Assembly (NCBI RefSeq): GCF_001194135.2
Contig: NC_068993.1
Coordinates: 1,998,254-2,062,253, forward strand
DNA length: 64,000 bases
DNA from: Octopus bimaculoides
Taxonomy: Eukaryota
Direction: 5' to 3'
The position numbers were made by a program, and so were the translations under genes. Below, in pieces: positions 25,148 to 37,349 of this stretch; position 1 is the first letter of the stretch; each line of letters starts with the position of its first letter. The notes beneath the pieces are model-generated. The model was not told where the DNA came from. It did not search any database and saw only the letters and a list, made by a program, of their open reading frames with translations.

Positions 25148-26284
25148 TTGCTCATAACTATGTTTGGCTCATATTCTATTACATTCTTTAGAGAATATTA
25201 CATATTTAGATCATCTCCATTTAGGCGATAAGTAATATTTATACAATATATTATTGAATTAAAGTTGAGAATGATATTTTTTCCATTCGCCAGAACTGTG
25301 CGGACATTATCTGTTTGTCTATGGATTAAATATCCTTGGGCAGATATAAAATCTATCCACAAATTACACATGCGATATACAACTCGATCCAATAGTCTAG
25401 CAAAGCAAACAGATGCTTCTTGTATAAATACTTTTACTCTACACTGTTTCGTAAATGCTATCTATTATCAAACTACAACAATTTTTTCCATTCAAAGTAA
25501 ATGAATTAATCCATTATCTGCGTGATGTTTGCTTATCTGTAATATCTATAGTTCTGTACTCGGATCTTTCTGCTTCTAAATGTTAATTCTTTTTTCTAGC
25601 ATGTGCAAATATTTATATATTTGTTGTTTTATCTATTAGTGCAATTATTTACAAACACGCATACACACACAACTGCGCACATTAACCTTCCTACTCCGCC
25701 TGAAAAAAAAAACAAAACAAAACAAAACAAAACACTCACACATCCGAGCATATGGAGACAAGCCGGTATATATATATATATATATATATAGGCAAATTTG
25801 TTCTTGAAAAAGCACCTAAATATGTATATATATTATATACCAAACACATATACGCATATATATGTACTTGTGAATGCGTCTATATCTATATGAATTAGTG
25901 TGTATATACACAAATGTTTACTGAAATATTTTCACTTTAAACATGCAGTTTTGCACTCGATCAACTTGGCTACCGATATGCATCTGTTGGAGTGTAAGAA
26001 ATTGAACAGCGATAATAAGGGACCAGACATAATAGTTTACAAAATATAGGGGGAAATTTGGAATCAAAGATTCATTCTACGTCCCTAACGGTTCAAATCC
26101 CGTTGAGCCCGTGTTTACGTTTCACTAATTTGCATTTCAATACAGTTGCTATTACGTTTCATAGTTTTCTGTAGACATGATTGTAGACACATCCGCATAT
26201 ACATATACAAGATGACCCCCCAACAGAAAAAAAAGACAGAACCCATAAAGATTTTACTAAATCCTACAAACTTCACTCTGTATA

Positions 26285-26560
26285 CGATCGTTCCCTGATG
26301 TTATTGTTGCCTTCAGTTCACTAATCGTTTGAGGGTTATTCTGGTAAACATTATCCTTGAGATACCCCCACAGATAAAAAGAAAAACTAGTGGGGGAGGA
26401 TCAAGACCGGTGAATACGGTGCCCACTCAACGTCACACTTCCTGCTGGCCAGTCTTTCTTGAAATCGCTCTCTCAGCCAGGCTAGGTAGTCATTTGATGC
26501 GTGGAGGGTGGCCCCGTCTTGCTGCAACCACTATTCGTCTCGATCTATCCCTCTGCGTCG
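26285..26560 (-). mobile_element. Tc1/mariner-superfamily transposase fragment (catalytic domain), inactivated
   Basis: Minus strand RRRGIDRDE*WLQQDGATLHASNDYLAWLRERFQERLASRKCDVEWAPYSPVLILPH*FFFYLWGYLKDNVYQNNPQTISELKATI matches the QQDGAxxH...WPxxSPDL...LWGYLKxxVY signature; two in-frame stops. Confidence 0.88.
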
Positions 26561-26600
26561 TTTATTTTAAACAGTTTTATTCAAAGATTTTTTTAGTCAA

Positions 26601-26643
<43 letters not shown>

Positions 26644-27074
26644 ATCGTCCAATCATTCGCCATGCTGGGCCTCTGAACTCTACATATTTTTCTTCATTCT
26701 CTCTCTATTTATTTCCTCTTATTCCTTTCTGTTGAAGAGCATAAGCTCGAAACATAAAAGACTTTTTCATTTTTCCCGAATCAAACTAATACACTTGCTT
26801 GTTCTTACACCTGTCTTCGTCTTTTGCTTTTCTATAAAATTGAACTATATATATATCGCAAGATGTTGTGGTAGTTTTGATTGCGTGACACACTGCATCT
26901 GCACAGGAAATGTCGATTTGATGGAATGAGTGAGCTAATGTCCAGCACATAAATTTAATCACTATAAACAGATCATGTAAGCAGCGTGTTGAACAAAAGC
27001 TGCTGACACCTCTTCAATCGTTTACGACTACACATTTCATCCTATGTGTGTATATGTATATGTCTATAACAGGG

Positions 27075-27275
27075 GGAATAAGTTGGAAACGGTTGATTAG
27101 CGGAAGCTTTAGCCTATCAGGAATAATGCTACTTTCAGTTATGTCCCTTTGCCTATGAAGTTCGAATCCCGCCAATATTAACTTTATTCATCACCCTGTT
27201 GGGGCCGATACTTGAAGAACCAGTGAAGTACTGGGGTCGTCATAGTCGACGGTTTCCGTCTCTGAAATTTCTGGA
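27075..27275 (+). mobile_element. Diverged tRNA-derived SINE
   Basis: B-box-like gaagttcgaatcccgcc, then ccctgttggggccgatac..ccagtgaagtactggggtcg..gtcgac..gaaatttctgg. Confidence 0.55.
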
Positions 27276-27396
27276 TTCATATCTGTACTGAATATATTTG
27301 TGTGTATATATGTGTTCGGATAATGGTGAAATTTCGATACGACGAACTTTTCAGTATAATGATATTTTGCTCTTCCTTATTGTTACTCCATTGGTT

Positions 27397-27577
27397 CCAA
27401 CTAACTAATCAATCGTTCGTTTAATGGGATGGTTAAGCAATCAATCGGCTGTTTGTTAGTCAGTCCTTTCGTGTGTCGCTGAGAAGGTCACGAATAGCGA
27501 CAAAAGGACTTTGATTAACAAACAACCGATTGATTCTTTAATCAGCACATTAAGCAAAAGATCGATTGGTCAGTTGG
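27397..27577. repeat. 181-bp imperfect inverted repeat (foldback) with 15-nt central loop
   Basis: Inner arms 27430-27480 and 27496-27544 pair at about 45 positions (three G.U, two mismatches, two bulges); outer arms 27397-27416 and 27558-27577 match at 16/20. Confidence 0.88.
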
Positions 27578-28106
27578 TCAGATACAATTTTTCAAACTCT
27601 GGCTATAATTCCATTCAAGCAATGCGGAGTTTCTTCAATAAGCAATATTGCAGTACAACGACACAGAATTCAGTAACTAGCAGGCAAACTTTCTCGTTAT
27701 AACGGAGAAAAAAATGAAATATTTTGGAGACAGACCTATAAAGATAGACATAGAAACGATAAAGAATATCAATCACAGACTACAAAAATGATGTGTGGTT
27801 GGATCGAATTTGGAAGAGAAACCTCTGATACTTTAACAAATGAGATGGTCCCCGATGAAACGCTTTTGCTTAACTAATGGTTCATGTATTATAGAAAATA
27901 TTCTGATACATTACTGCCCTTGCTGTTCAACTTAAACTATTTTTTATCGTATACACAAGAAATTGAGTTTGCCATTTGGTTTCAGTGATCTTAGAGCGAA
28001 TTTTTCTTTTTGAGGGATACTATCTTTTATATCCTGCCATCTTCGTTGTAACGGAATGTCATCTGTGTATTTATGTTATAGTTCTGTATTTAAATAGATA
28101 GTTATG

Positions 28107-28146
<40 letters not shown>

Positions 28147-29236
28147 AATTTTCACTAAATGTAATTAAGGTGTTAGAAAACAACTGCATTACTAGAAATA
28201 AGAGCTACTCCGCCTTAATGGTGTAGTTAGCGCAGATGAATGAAAACATATACAGTAACGGTGACCATAATCGTCCGAATAAGAGCCGATCGACAATTCT
28301 CAATACCGTATGTATACATACATACATACATACATACATACATACATGCATACATATATGNNNNNNNNNNTATATATATATATGTTTGTATATCCTGTAT
28401 ATCTATCTATCTATCAATCTATATGTACTCATATATAGATTGAGTATTTATTTGTGTATATGCATGTGTGAGTAATGTTTGTGTGTGTTTGTACAAGTGT
28501 GAAATCATGGGAATACTATACTCATGTAGTTCCCATTGACTGCAGACAAATTCTTTGTTTCTAAAAGAATGCATTTTTGTGCACCAGTAACCTCAAAGCC
28601 AGTCGATGCTCTTCGCTTCAGATATTCGACATGTTACAATAAGGCTGCTTCCGGTTCACACAAAAATGAGAAACACAAAAAGTACCATTGCACTTAAAAG
28701 CTGAAAAAAATTAAAAACTGAAAACAAAGAACAATGAAACTATTCCATGCTTTGTTTTTTTTTCTAATTATTTGCTTATTTATTAATCTAAGTTTTAATT
28801 TTTACATTTGCTCATTCCTGAAGTTGTTTTATTTTCTCACTTTTTTGTTCGGTGTTATGATGTGCCATGTTTATTTTACGTTTCTGTTACTGCTGTTATT
28901 GACGATGTGGCTGCTGTTGTTTCTCCAGTTAATATAATGCATTCTAGTTGTTTGTGCGTTTCCTCTCCACTTATTTTCATGTTTTTCTCATCAAATGCAA
29001 AATAACATTATTTTCTTCGCTATTTTTTCAGGCCTGTCGATGTCAAGTATCAAAATGTCAGACAATGGCTCATCGTGTTTTGTTAATATTTTTATCCTCA
29101 TTGTTGTCACTCTCATTGGCGGTATCCAACTCTTCCTCATTGTTCCCCTTCTCTTACTCCTGCTCCCTCCCTTCCAGCACTTCATCATCATCACCATCAT
29201 CTGCATCACGACCATCATCTGCATCATCGTCATTGT

Positions 29237-29272
<36 letters not shown>

Positions 29273-29352
29273 CATAATAATAATAATAATGATAACTTCA
29301 TTATTGGCCATAAAAACAAGTAGGGACAATACAAAAAAAAATATTTACATGC

Positions 29353-29502
29353 TTTTGAATTCAAATTCCGCCGAGGTCAACTTTGCCTTTCATTCTGTCA
29401 GGGTCGATAAATTTAGTACCAGTTGCGTACTGGGGTCGGTCTAATCGACTGGCCCCCGACCCCCAAAATTTCGGGCCTTGTGCCTAGAGTAGAAAAGAAT
29501 AT
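29353..29502 (+). mobile_element. tRNA-derived SINE, least-degraded-looking copy in the window (5'-truncated)
   Basis: ttcaaattccgccgaggtcaactttgcctttcattc..gggtcgataaatttagtaccagttgcgtactggggtcggtctaatcgactggcccc..ccccaaaatttcgggccttgtgcctagagtagaaaagaatatt. Confidence 0.92.
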
Positions 29503-30229
29503 TTGCAGGCTATAGTCTTCCATATACATACTAGGTGCACAGTACTATATGTCGGGATTTCACATGAGTTGAAAACTTATATTTGCTATGAGAGACCATA
29601 CCTTATATTTAATAGACGTTGCCTAGTAACCCTGGCATATTTTGAAAACTTTTAAACATTTATAATTTATCCAGATAATATATGCAGGAAATGATAACTA
29701 CCATAGCTATCTTTAAGAAATTAATATCGGCATACAATCAATACAACAACGAGAGCAATGGCTAATTTTAATAACCCATCTAATTTTGTTAACATTGATT
29801 CGAAATAACGATCAGTGTTTATTAAGAATTACATTTTTCCAAGTTATTACAATCTGTAATTCAACGAGAAAAATAAAACAAACAAACCATAAAAAAAAAA
29901 CACCTTACAAATTGGTGAGTCTCCAAGATTCAATTACGGAACTAAACTCGATGAAAAATGAACTTTATAAATAAAATCATGTGGGAAATTACATGTTAAT
30001 CTTAAGTCATGCTAGACATTCATAAATCAAATGTTCTTTAATCATTTCCACGAGTTGAGAACTATTTCAATGGTTTCTTAGTCTTTCGAATTGGCTGCCC
30101 CATAATTATTTCTCCAATTAGTAAACACGTTTCCAATCATTTTACCATTGCTGAAAGATAATATCTATTCCATCAACGCCAGCAGTCTTTTTATCATCCG
30201 GCACCGCCTCAACACTTTCTTCTTATCTT

Positions 30230-30562
30230 CCTCACTATCATTATAATCATCATTATTGCCGTAGCTGTCGTCGTTCTAGTCACCGTCTCCGCCACCATCG
30301 CTGTCACCATCGCACCGCCGTCAATACCGACACCGTGGTGGTGGTGATGGTGATGATGATGAGGATGAGGATGATGTTCATTATCAATCAACATCATCAT
30401 CAGCAGCAGCATAATCGTCGTCGTCGTCGTCATCATCATCATCATTATCGTCGTCGTCATCATCATCATCATTATCATCGTCGTCGTCATCATCATCATC
30501 GTCATCATCATCATCATCATCACCATCACCGTCGCCGCTGTCGTTGTCGTCGTCATCATCAA
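30230..30562. repeat. Degenerate (CAT/CGT/GAT)n microsatellite block
   Basis: Seen directly; source of the poly-H/D/M ORFs. Confidence 0.9.
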
Positions 30563-30784
30563 TATTGTCCATTTCCTTTCCTTCTGTTTTCCTTTCTTTT
30601 CCTTCTTTCTCCTTCCATGTTCTGCTCCCATTCCATGCTTCAACGTTCTTTTTCAATCTCGAGTTTAAATAAAATAATGCCAAATATTGAATTAGATTCA
30701 CACATGTGCTGACTATCAACTGCTTGTATTCACACGAAGAAATCTGTGAGGCTCGAAGATTTTTAACTTCCATATTTTCCCGCT

Positions 30785-30873
30785 GCCAAAATACTGATAT
30801 TTAGTGGTTGGCGTATGTTTGAACCACGCCACAATAAACATACGCCAAACACTAAACATCATTATATTATGGC
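30785..30873 (-). ncRNA. Candidate pri-miRNA-like hairpin
   Basis: 26-bp upper stem (30795-30820 with 30836-30861), 15-nt loop and a 10-bp imperfect lower stem; the minus-strand loop starts AUUGUG. No expression evidence. Confidence 0.38.
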
Positions 30874-31249
30874 TGTACAATAATAATGTGATTAGAACAA
30901 TATATTGTAGCTCTCTTTGATCAACAAATTAAGTACCAGTCATATTGTCATACAATCCTGTTCTGCATAGTTGGTCATGTGCCTAATATCACAATTAAAA
31001 TGTTATCCTTACTTTTTCTACTCTGTACTGGCAACGTCTCTCCATGTTCTTCACAACTGGTGTAATTTCTGTAAACTCTAGCTTACGAAGAGGCCTATGT
31101 CATTTGCCGTTCCACTCCAATCCTGAGCAAAAGCAAAAAAAGCAAAATAAGTCTAAAACTCAAAGCTTTTCTCAACTTGTCAACATATGCAAAAAATTCT
31201 GCTGATTAAATTCACGGCAGAGCCATGTGTTGACATTGACGAAGAGAAA

Positions 31250-31610
31250 CTGACGAAACGGACCTCATGACTTGTAAAAGGTGTTCAACTGTTTTAAATA
31301 TCTTAAACACAATTTTATTAAGGAAGACAGGATGAGGAGTAAAGTTGATGTTGAAGTCGAACCGATGAAGAAATCTATATATTACTATGTAACCGTGGCC
31401 ATAGGAATACAATCACAAAATAACGTGCACATTTCTATCATTATCGTTTATATTCATTGGGCGCTCAAAAAACAAAATGTCAAGGAGAATGATACATGGG
31501 ATAACATCCATACAGAAAAGAAGGAGTTGCTTAGCAGATTAGATTATTGAGTGCAAGGGCCGAGGGACGAACCTCAACAGAGAATGCTTGCTAAAGGATT
31601 TGAACCTTTG
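31250..31610 (+). mobile_element. Possible old RTE LINE remnant
   Basis: EVEPMKKSIYYYVTVAIGIQ..HWALKK resembles the RT domain 7 YxYLG region, and gcaagggccgagggacgaacctcaacagag resembles KRPRGRPxxRW; heavily decayed. Confidence 0.33.
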
Positions 31611-31787
31611 CTGCATTAGTAGATAATTATGAAAAGAAGAAAATGCACCAATCCTTTTTACACCACGATTGGGAAAAACTATCCTAGTGAGACTTCGATA
31701 TTTCATTTTGCTTCCATAACAGAGACTGACAGTCTGAATAAACGGCGAAATCACTACCAACAGAATTGGAATACTGTATGTACATAT

Positions 31788-31844
<57 letters not shown>

Positions 31845-31973
31845 NNNNNNNNNNNNNNNNNNNNNNNNNNNNNNNNNNNNNNNNNNNNNNNNNNNNNNNN
31901 NNNNNNNNNNNNNNNNNNNNNNNNNNNNNNNNNNNNNNNNNNNNNNNNNNNNNNNNNNNNNNNNNNNNTCTCT

Positions 31974-32008
<35 letters not shown>

Positions 32009-32493
32009 TATATACATACATACATACTTACATATATATGTATACGTATAATATATACTGTATGCGCGCACAATCACGCACACACAGACTTTTCCACCTC
32101 TGTTACATTTTACTAATAACTAACGTTTATAATGATTTCATGCAGAAAGTTTTCCTCTCGAAAACACTTTTATACCACACTTGTTACATCTACATTATAT
32201 ATTTGTTGCAGAAGACATTTTCCTTTCAACAAATATTACATAATGATATATTATATTCCAAACAACTGTATCTTCCATTCTCAGTTCTTCCGACACATAT
32301 ACGGCTTCACTTACCAAAATGCTTTTAAGCCTAATGTTCAAAACTGTTATTAAGTTCGACTGTTTTTAACCTCGAAGTTTTCTTTATTTAGTGTTATTGT
32401 TAACGATATATTTCTCGCTAAATACGATTCTGTATTATATCCAGCCGATTCACTCAAAGTATTCTATATTTACCTACTTATTTTTATTGGCAG

Positions 32494-32538
32494 GCCCAGA
32501 GGGAGATTTGCCGATCGTTCAGATCTGACCCTTAAAAC
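32494..32538 (+). CDS. Candidate 45-nt exon (phase 2-2), PRGRFADRSDLTLK
   Basis: Acceptor cttatttttattggcag|, donor |gtaatt, single open frame; may be repeat-derived because it contains gagggagatttg. Confidence 0.2.
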
Positions 32539-33220
32539 GTAATTGAATCCAATTTGATCAGTACAAAAGATATAAGTGAGCAGATTTGCCGGTTAATCGT
32601 ACTTTCCTAATAGTTGTAAGTTTCGAAACGAACTTACAATTTCGCATTAAACATAACATTCCACTTTATCGTTTCTAGATCTCCGTTTAAAATTAAGTAA
32701 TGAAGGCATATGGATTCATTAAGCTGTCTTATGTTGATAGCTAACTTCTAATGAAATGATGATAGCAGAGTTAAAACATTGAAGACTGCAATTCTAGTTA
32801 GGATGTTTATAGTCTGCACAGAATAAGACTAGACTCTGCAATAGCTAGGTTAATGGGAATATTACTGGTTGAATTGAAACCTAAAATCGCTCTCTATTCT
32901 GTTTATAATCTATACTTTATTTAAAAGTTATCAGCAAATATGTAATTCGTAAATATCGGTTTATAATATTAGTCAGTGTAGACTTAATAATTACTACCTT
33001 TTAGTATAAGCTACATACTCGACACTAATTAATAAACTGCTTTATTATAGCATAAATATGGACAGTTTGGAAACTAACGACTTCTGTTTCTAGATTTGTG
33101 TTCTCTGTTGTCCTCCAGACTCCCAATGGAGTATAGCAGATGTCTTGACATTTAGCATGCTTTGAGCTTATAAACATAAGTCAACCTTCTGCACCTATGA
33201 CCAGAGCAGATTTCATTCAG

Positions 33221-33310
33221 AACAAATGACAAGACTCGGGTCTTGTGCTTCAATCCCGAGGTGAAGAAAAGCGAACGTAACGTGACATCAGCGAAAATTG
33301 AATTCAAGAT
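33221..33310 (+). CDS. Candidate 90-nt exon (phase 2-2), TNDKTRVLCFNPEVKKSERNVTSAKIEFK
   Basis: Acceptor gatttcattcag|, donor |gtaaga, one frame open across the interval, more GC- and CpG-rich than its flanks. Confidence 0.3.
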
Positions 33311-33544
33311 GTAAGAATCTGAAACTGTTATTGACAGTAATTCTATTACATGTTCGAGCGCTTCTATCATTCTTACGCCTTAGAATATGTTATTCTTGCT
33401 TCGAGAACTATACAGCTAATTTGGTGAGATTAAACGAGAACTTTCAGTTATGCGAATAATCTAATTTGTAATTTGTCCCTTTTAAAATTGATCTGTCTAA
33501 AGAATATGGTAGCGCCTACGATGGCGCTTACAACACCGGCGTCA

Positions 33545-33740
33545 CACTAGGGGTCGGTGAGATTAAGGATTCTCTTGAATATAAATGGGGTCAGGACTGA
33601 AGGAAAACCACGGACAAGGACAAGGATAGAGAATGTATTTTCTGGGAAGAAAGAGCTGGATATAGCGGTAAGAGAGAGAAGATACAACATGGCTGAAATG
33701 AGATTAGCAGAGATCGTTAAATAGAATGGACTGAGTGGTG
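33545..33740 (-). mobile_element. Possible decayed CR1-like LINE RT fragment
   Basis: Minus strand AISSSFF..VRGFPSVLTPFIF..NLTDP resembles WISSFL..GVPQGSVLxPxLF..NLTNP. Confidence 0.33.
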
Positions 33741-34561
33741 ACAGTAGGAGACTCACCTCGAAGAGAGTTTCTGAATTAGGAGTACAAAAGTCTGAGCTAC
33801 ATTAAATAACATGGAGGTAGAATACATACATACATGCTTATATGCATACACGCATAAGCACATACATACATGTATAATACATACATGCATACACACACAT
33901 ACATACGTATATGCATATACACACATATATAATTTCTGTAAATGAAAAATTGATGCCTCAAAATTAGTCCTAAAAAGCAAAGTCTGGCTCTTGACAAATA
34001 CTAATTACTATGCGAATAATGTAATTATTCGTAAAATCTTTCCTGCCCAATGCCGTTGAATGATACGATACTTTATAATTTTGGCAATGGTCTATTAAGT
34101 TAAGGTCAGTACGTGACAGGTACTTTATTTTGTAGACCCTGGAAGAGGATTTAAATTCACAACATCCCTTCTGTTGCTCTCCACTGAATTTAAGTTATTC
34201 TATGTGATGAAGTAAAATTTTCCCTGAAAGGCACGAATGCATCGAAATAGCTTTTCTGGAAAATTTATAAACCTGACACATAATGTTGTCAAAGTAATGA
34301 ACCAATGATTAGACAGGTTTCCAAAACCTACATTTCAACGTCGAACTCCATCAGTAACTTGAATGCAGAGAAAGTTTTACCTTTGTTCCTGAACCAGTTT
34401 ATTGAGTATTTCAGAAGCTAAACAAGTGTCGGGAATTGAATCAGCGAAATACAAATAAAAGCAACAAACCATCGCAGATTCAATGCAATATGGATATTCT
34501 TCTGTGAATCTGTCGGGATGACGCAAGTTTAGGTGAGTACAATAGCAGTAATTACATCAGA

Positions 34562-34599
<38 letters not shown>

Positions 34600-35529
34600 G
34601 AGAGAGAGGGTAGGAAAGACAGAGATAAAAGGAGGGGAATAAAGAGGGAATTTCGAAGTTTGTCCAAACGCCGAAATGAAGCAATGATGTCCTCCTATCA
34701 AATGTAAAGAAAGAATAAACTTGTCGTCTCTACCTATTTTGCTAATGTCAGTATTCACCAACACGTATTAATTATTAATACGTCAAATATCAACACAGTG
34801 CCTGCGTCTTAAATGTTCTTTAGAATAAATGTGAAAGTGAAAAAGAATAAGTAAAAGGTGTACCGAAAATCCAAAATGTATTTCTTTTCTTGTTTGATTT
34901 AGTAATGCTTTCAATTTTAGGCAATTATGATATCACTTTTATGAAATATAAGAAAAAGCAATGGTGGACCTCCGTCAGTCAGCACAATGGCCATACATAT
35001 CTTCGACTGAGCTCCAACCCGAGAACTTTTAAGTAGAAAAGTATTCGATAGATGAGTATAACTTAATAAGCAAGCCAAATGAATATGATATATGGGTTAA
35101 ATTGATAGATTGAAAAGAGGGCAATTGCAAAACAAAAGTATAAAATAAGACTTGAAAGAACATATAGTATAAGAGATAAAGGGTATGGTGTGATAGAAGG
35201 ACGAAAACCAAAAGTTGTAGCAATCGAAGCAAAACTGGAAAGACATGAGAGTAGAACAAATCAATTTAGGCAAAAAATTATCCTCATTCTGATTCTGACC
35301 TTTATTTCTCCAGATTAGGCACCGTTTTCCTGTACCATGAACCATGTTCTATAATATACTGCATAATATCGCGTATTGAACACAACATTGCAAATACTGA
35401 AAGTTACAAAAAACAAAATAAAAATTTAGTTGGTATAACAAAACATATATTGGTTATGAATTAAAAACACACCGGTCAGTGTAAACAACTTTTGTCCTTC
35501 TAAGCCTCTTGTGCGGAGTGTGATCTTTG

Positions 35530-36003
35530 TTATACCCCAGCAGTAGTCTACCAACATGCCAGGCTTCCATTTCCATCACTGAAATATCCTGATGGAATCT
35601 TTCGCCATGTTCATCACTCACACCACCAAGATTTTCTGCAAAAAATCCAAATGAGAGTGAAGCACATGAATTTTTAGAGACATGTTACATCCCATATCAG
35701 GATACTGACTCAGCAGATCATTCACAACTTGCACATAGTCTTTTGAACGATGCTGGCCCAGGAAGTTATCGCAAACTTTCTTGAATGACTCAAAGGCAAG
35801 CTTCTCTTTTCTCCTGAGATGTGTGATGAAGGTTTCATCAAGTACAATTTTTCAAATTTGGGGACCTATGAAGAAACCTTCTTTAATTTTAGATTGACTC
35901 ACGAAAGGGACCTTTTTTGCAAGATATGCAAATGCAGAAGATTCCTTGTTCAAGGCTTTCACAAATTGCTTAAACGAACCAAGTTTAATATGCAAAGGTG
36001 GTA
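35530..36003 (-). pseudogene. Transposase pseudogene, CMC/Chapaev3-like DNA transposon
   Basis: Minus strand LPPLHIKLGSFKQFVKALNKESSAFAYLAKKVPFVSQSKIKEGFFIGPQI*KIVLDETF..DNFLGQHRSKDYVQVVNDLLSQYPDMGCNMSLKIHVLHSHLDF/AENLGGVSDEHGERFHQDISVME/WKPGMLVDYCWG; one stop, one frameshift, one deletion. The transposase call is firm; the Chapaev3 label is from memory of the motifs. Confidence 0.88.
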
Positions 36004-36333
36004 AAAATTGTTAACACTTATCATTATTTCGAACTTTTCATTTTAGGCTTCAAATTATTTCTATAGTTCAGGTTGTGGAGAGCGTAACCATCGAACTCCT
36101 TTTACGATGTAAAAATCCTGAATACTCCTTTTTGATAATACTTCTATTCCATACATAAATCGGTCAAAATATATTATATTATATTTCGTATGTGTATGCA
36201 TAATGCCTCTCCCAAGGTTTAATTGTATATTATATTTTTTTTGATATATAATAAATATAGACGTACACACACACGCACATAAAAGAAATAGATATATGTC
36301 CAAATGTATATTCTACAGTAATATATACAAATA

Positions 36334-36365
<32 letters not shown>

Positions 36366-37293
36366 CATACATACATACATATATAAATGTACCTACATGG
36401 AACAAAATAGAAACCTCATTAAAAAAAATAGAGAATAATTAAGTGTTTATAACAAGAAATATATCAAAAAGATATCCTGTAGAAAATGAATTTAATCTTT
36501 ATAAAATCTTCAGCAGAAAAAAATCAATAATTGAAGGAGGGCGACATAATTATTTACTATTTTATAATTTGTAAAGATTTTTCGAATGGAGAAGATTCCA
36601 CACAGCAATATAGCAATGTATTTCAAAAGTATAGGTTTATAAGTTATCTTTACATAAAAATTCTTCCAACATCAAGCAGTATGTCATACAATCTCCGAAT
36701 AGCATTGTTGGAGGTAAATGTATTATAATATAATAAATGGAAATTATATATATANNNNNNNNNNNNNNNNNNNNNNNNNNNNNNNNNNNNNNNNNNNNNN
36801 NNNNNNNNNNNNNNNNNNNNNNNNNNNNNNNNNNNNNNNNNNNNNNNNNNNNNNNNNNNNNNNNNNNNNNNNNNNNNNNNNNNNNNNNNNNNNNNNNNNN
36901 NNNNNNNNNNNNNNNNNNNNNNNNNNNNNNNNNNNNNNNNNNNNNNNNNNNNNNNNNNNNNNNNNNNNNNNNNNNNNNNNNNNNNNNNNNNNNNNNNNNN
37001 NNNNNNNNNNNNNNNNNNNNNNNNNNNNNNNNNNNNNNNNNNNNNNNNNNNNNNNNNNNNNNNNNNNNNNNNNNNNNNNNNNNNNNNNNNNNNNNNNNNN
37101 NNNNNNNNNNNNNNNNNNNNNNNNNNNNNNNNNNNNNNNNNNNNNNNNNNNNNNNNNNNNNNNNNNNNNNNNNNNNNNNNNNNNNNNNNNNNNNNNNNNN
37201 NNNNNNNNNNNNNNNNNNNNNNNNNNNNNNNNNNNNNNCGTCATTATATCATTGTTAAAAGAAAATATAAAGCAAAATATTCCCAATTTACTG

Positions 37294-37349
<56 letters not shown>

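Noticed and set aside
26085-28235. tRNA genes suggested by box motifs (ggttcaaatccc at about 26093, gttcgaatccc at about 27161, tggtgtagttag at about 28219)
   Set aside because: No cloverleaf can be built; these are SINE-head remnants or isolated motifs.
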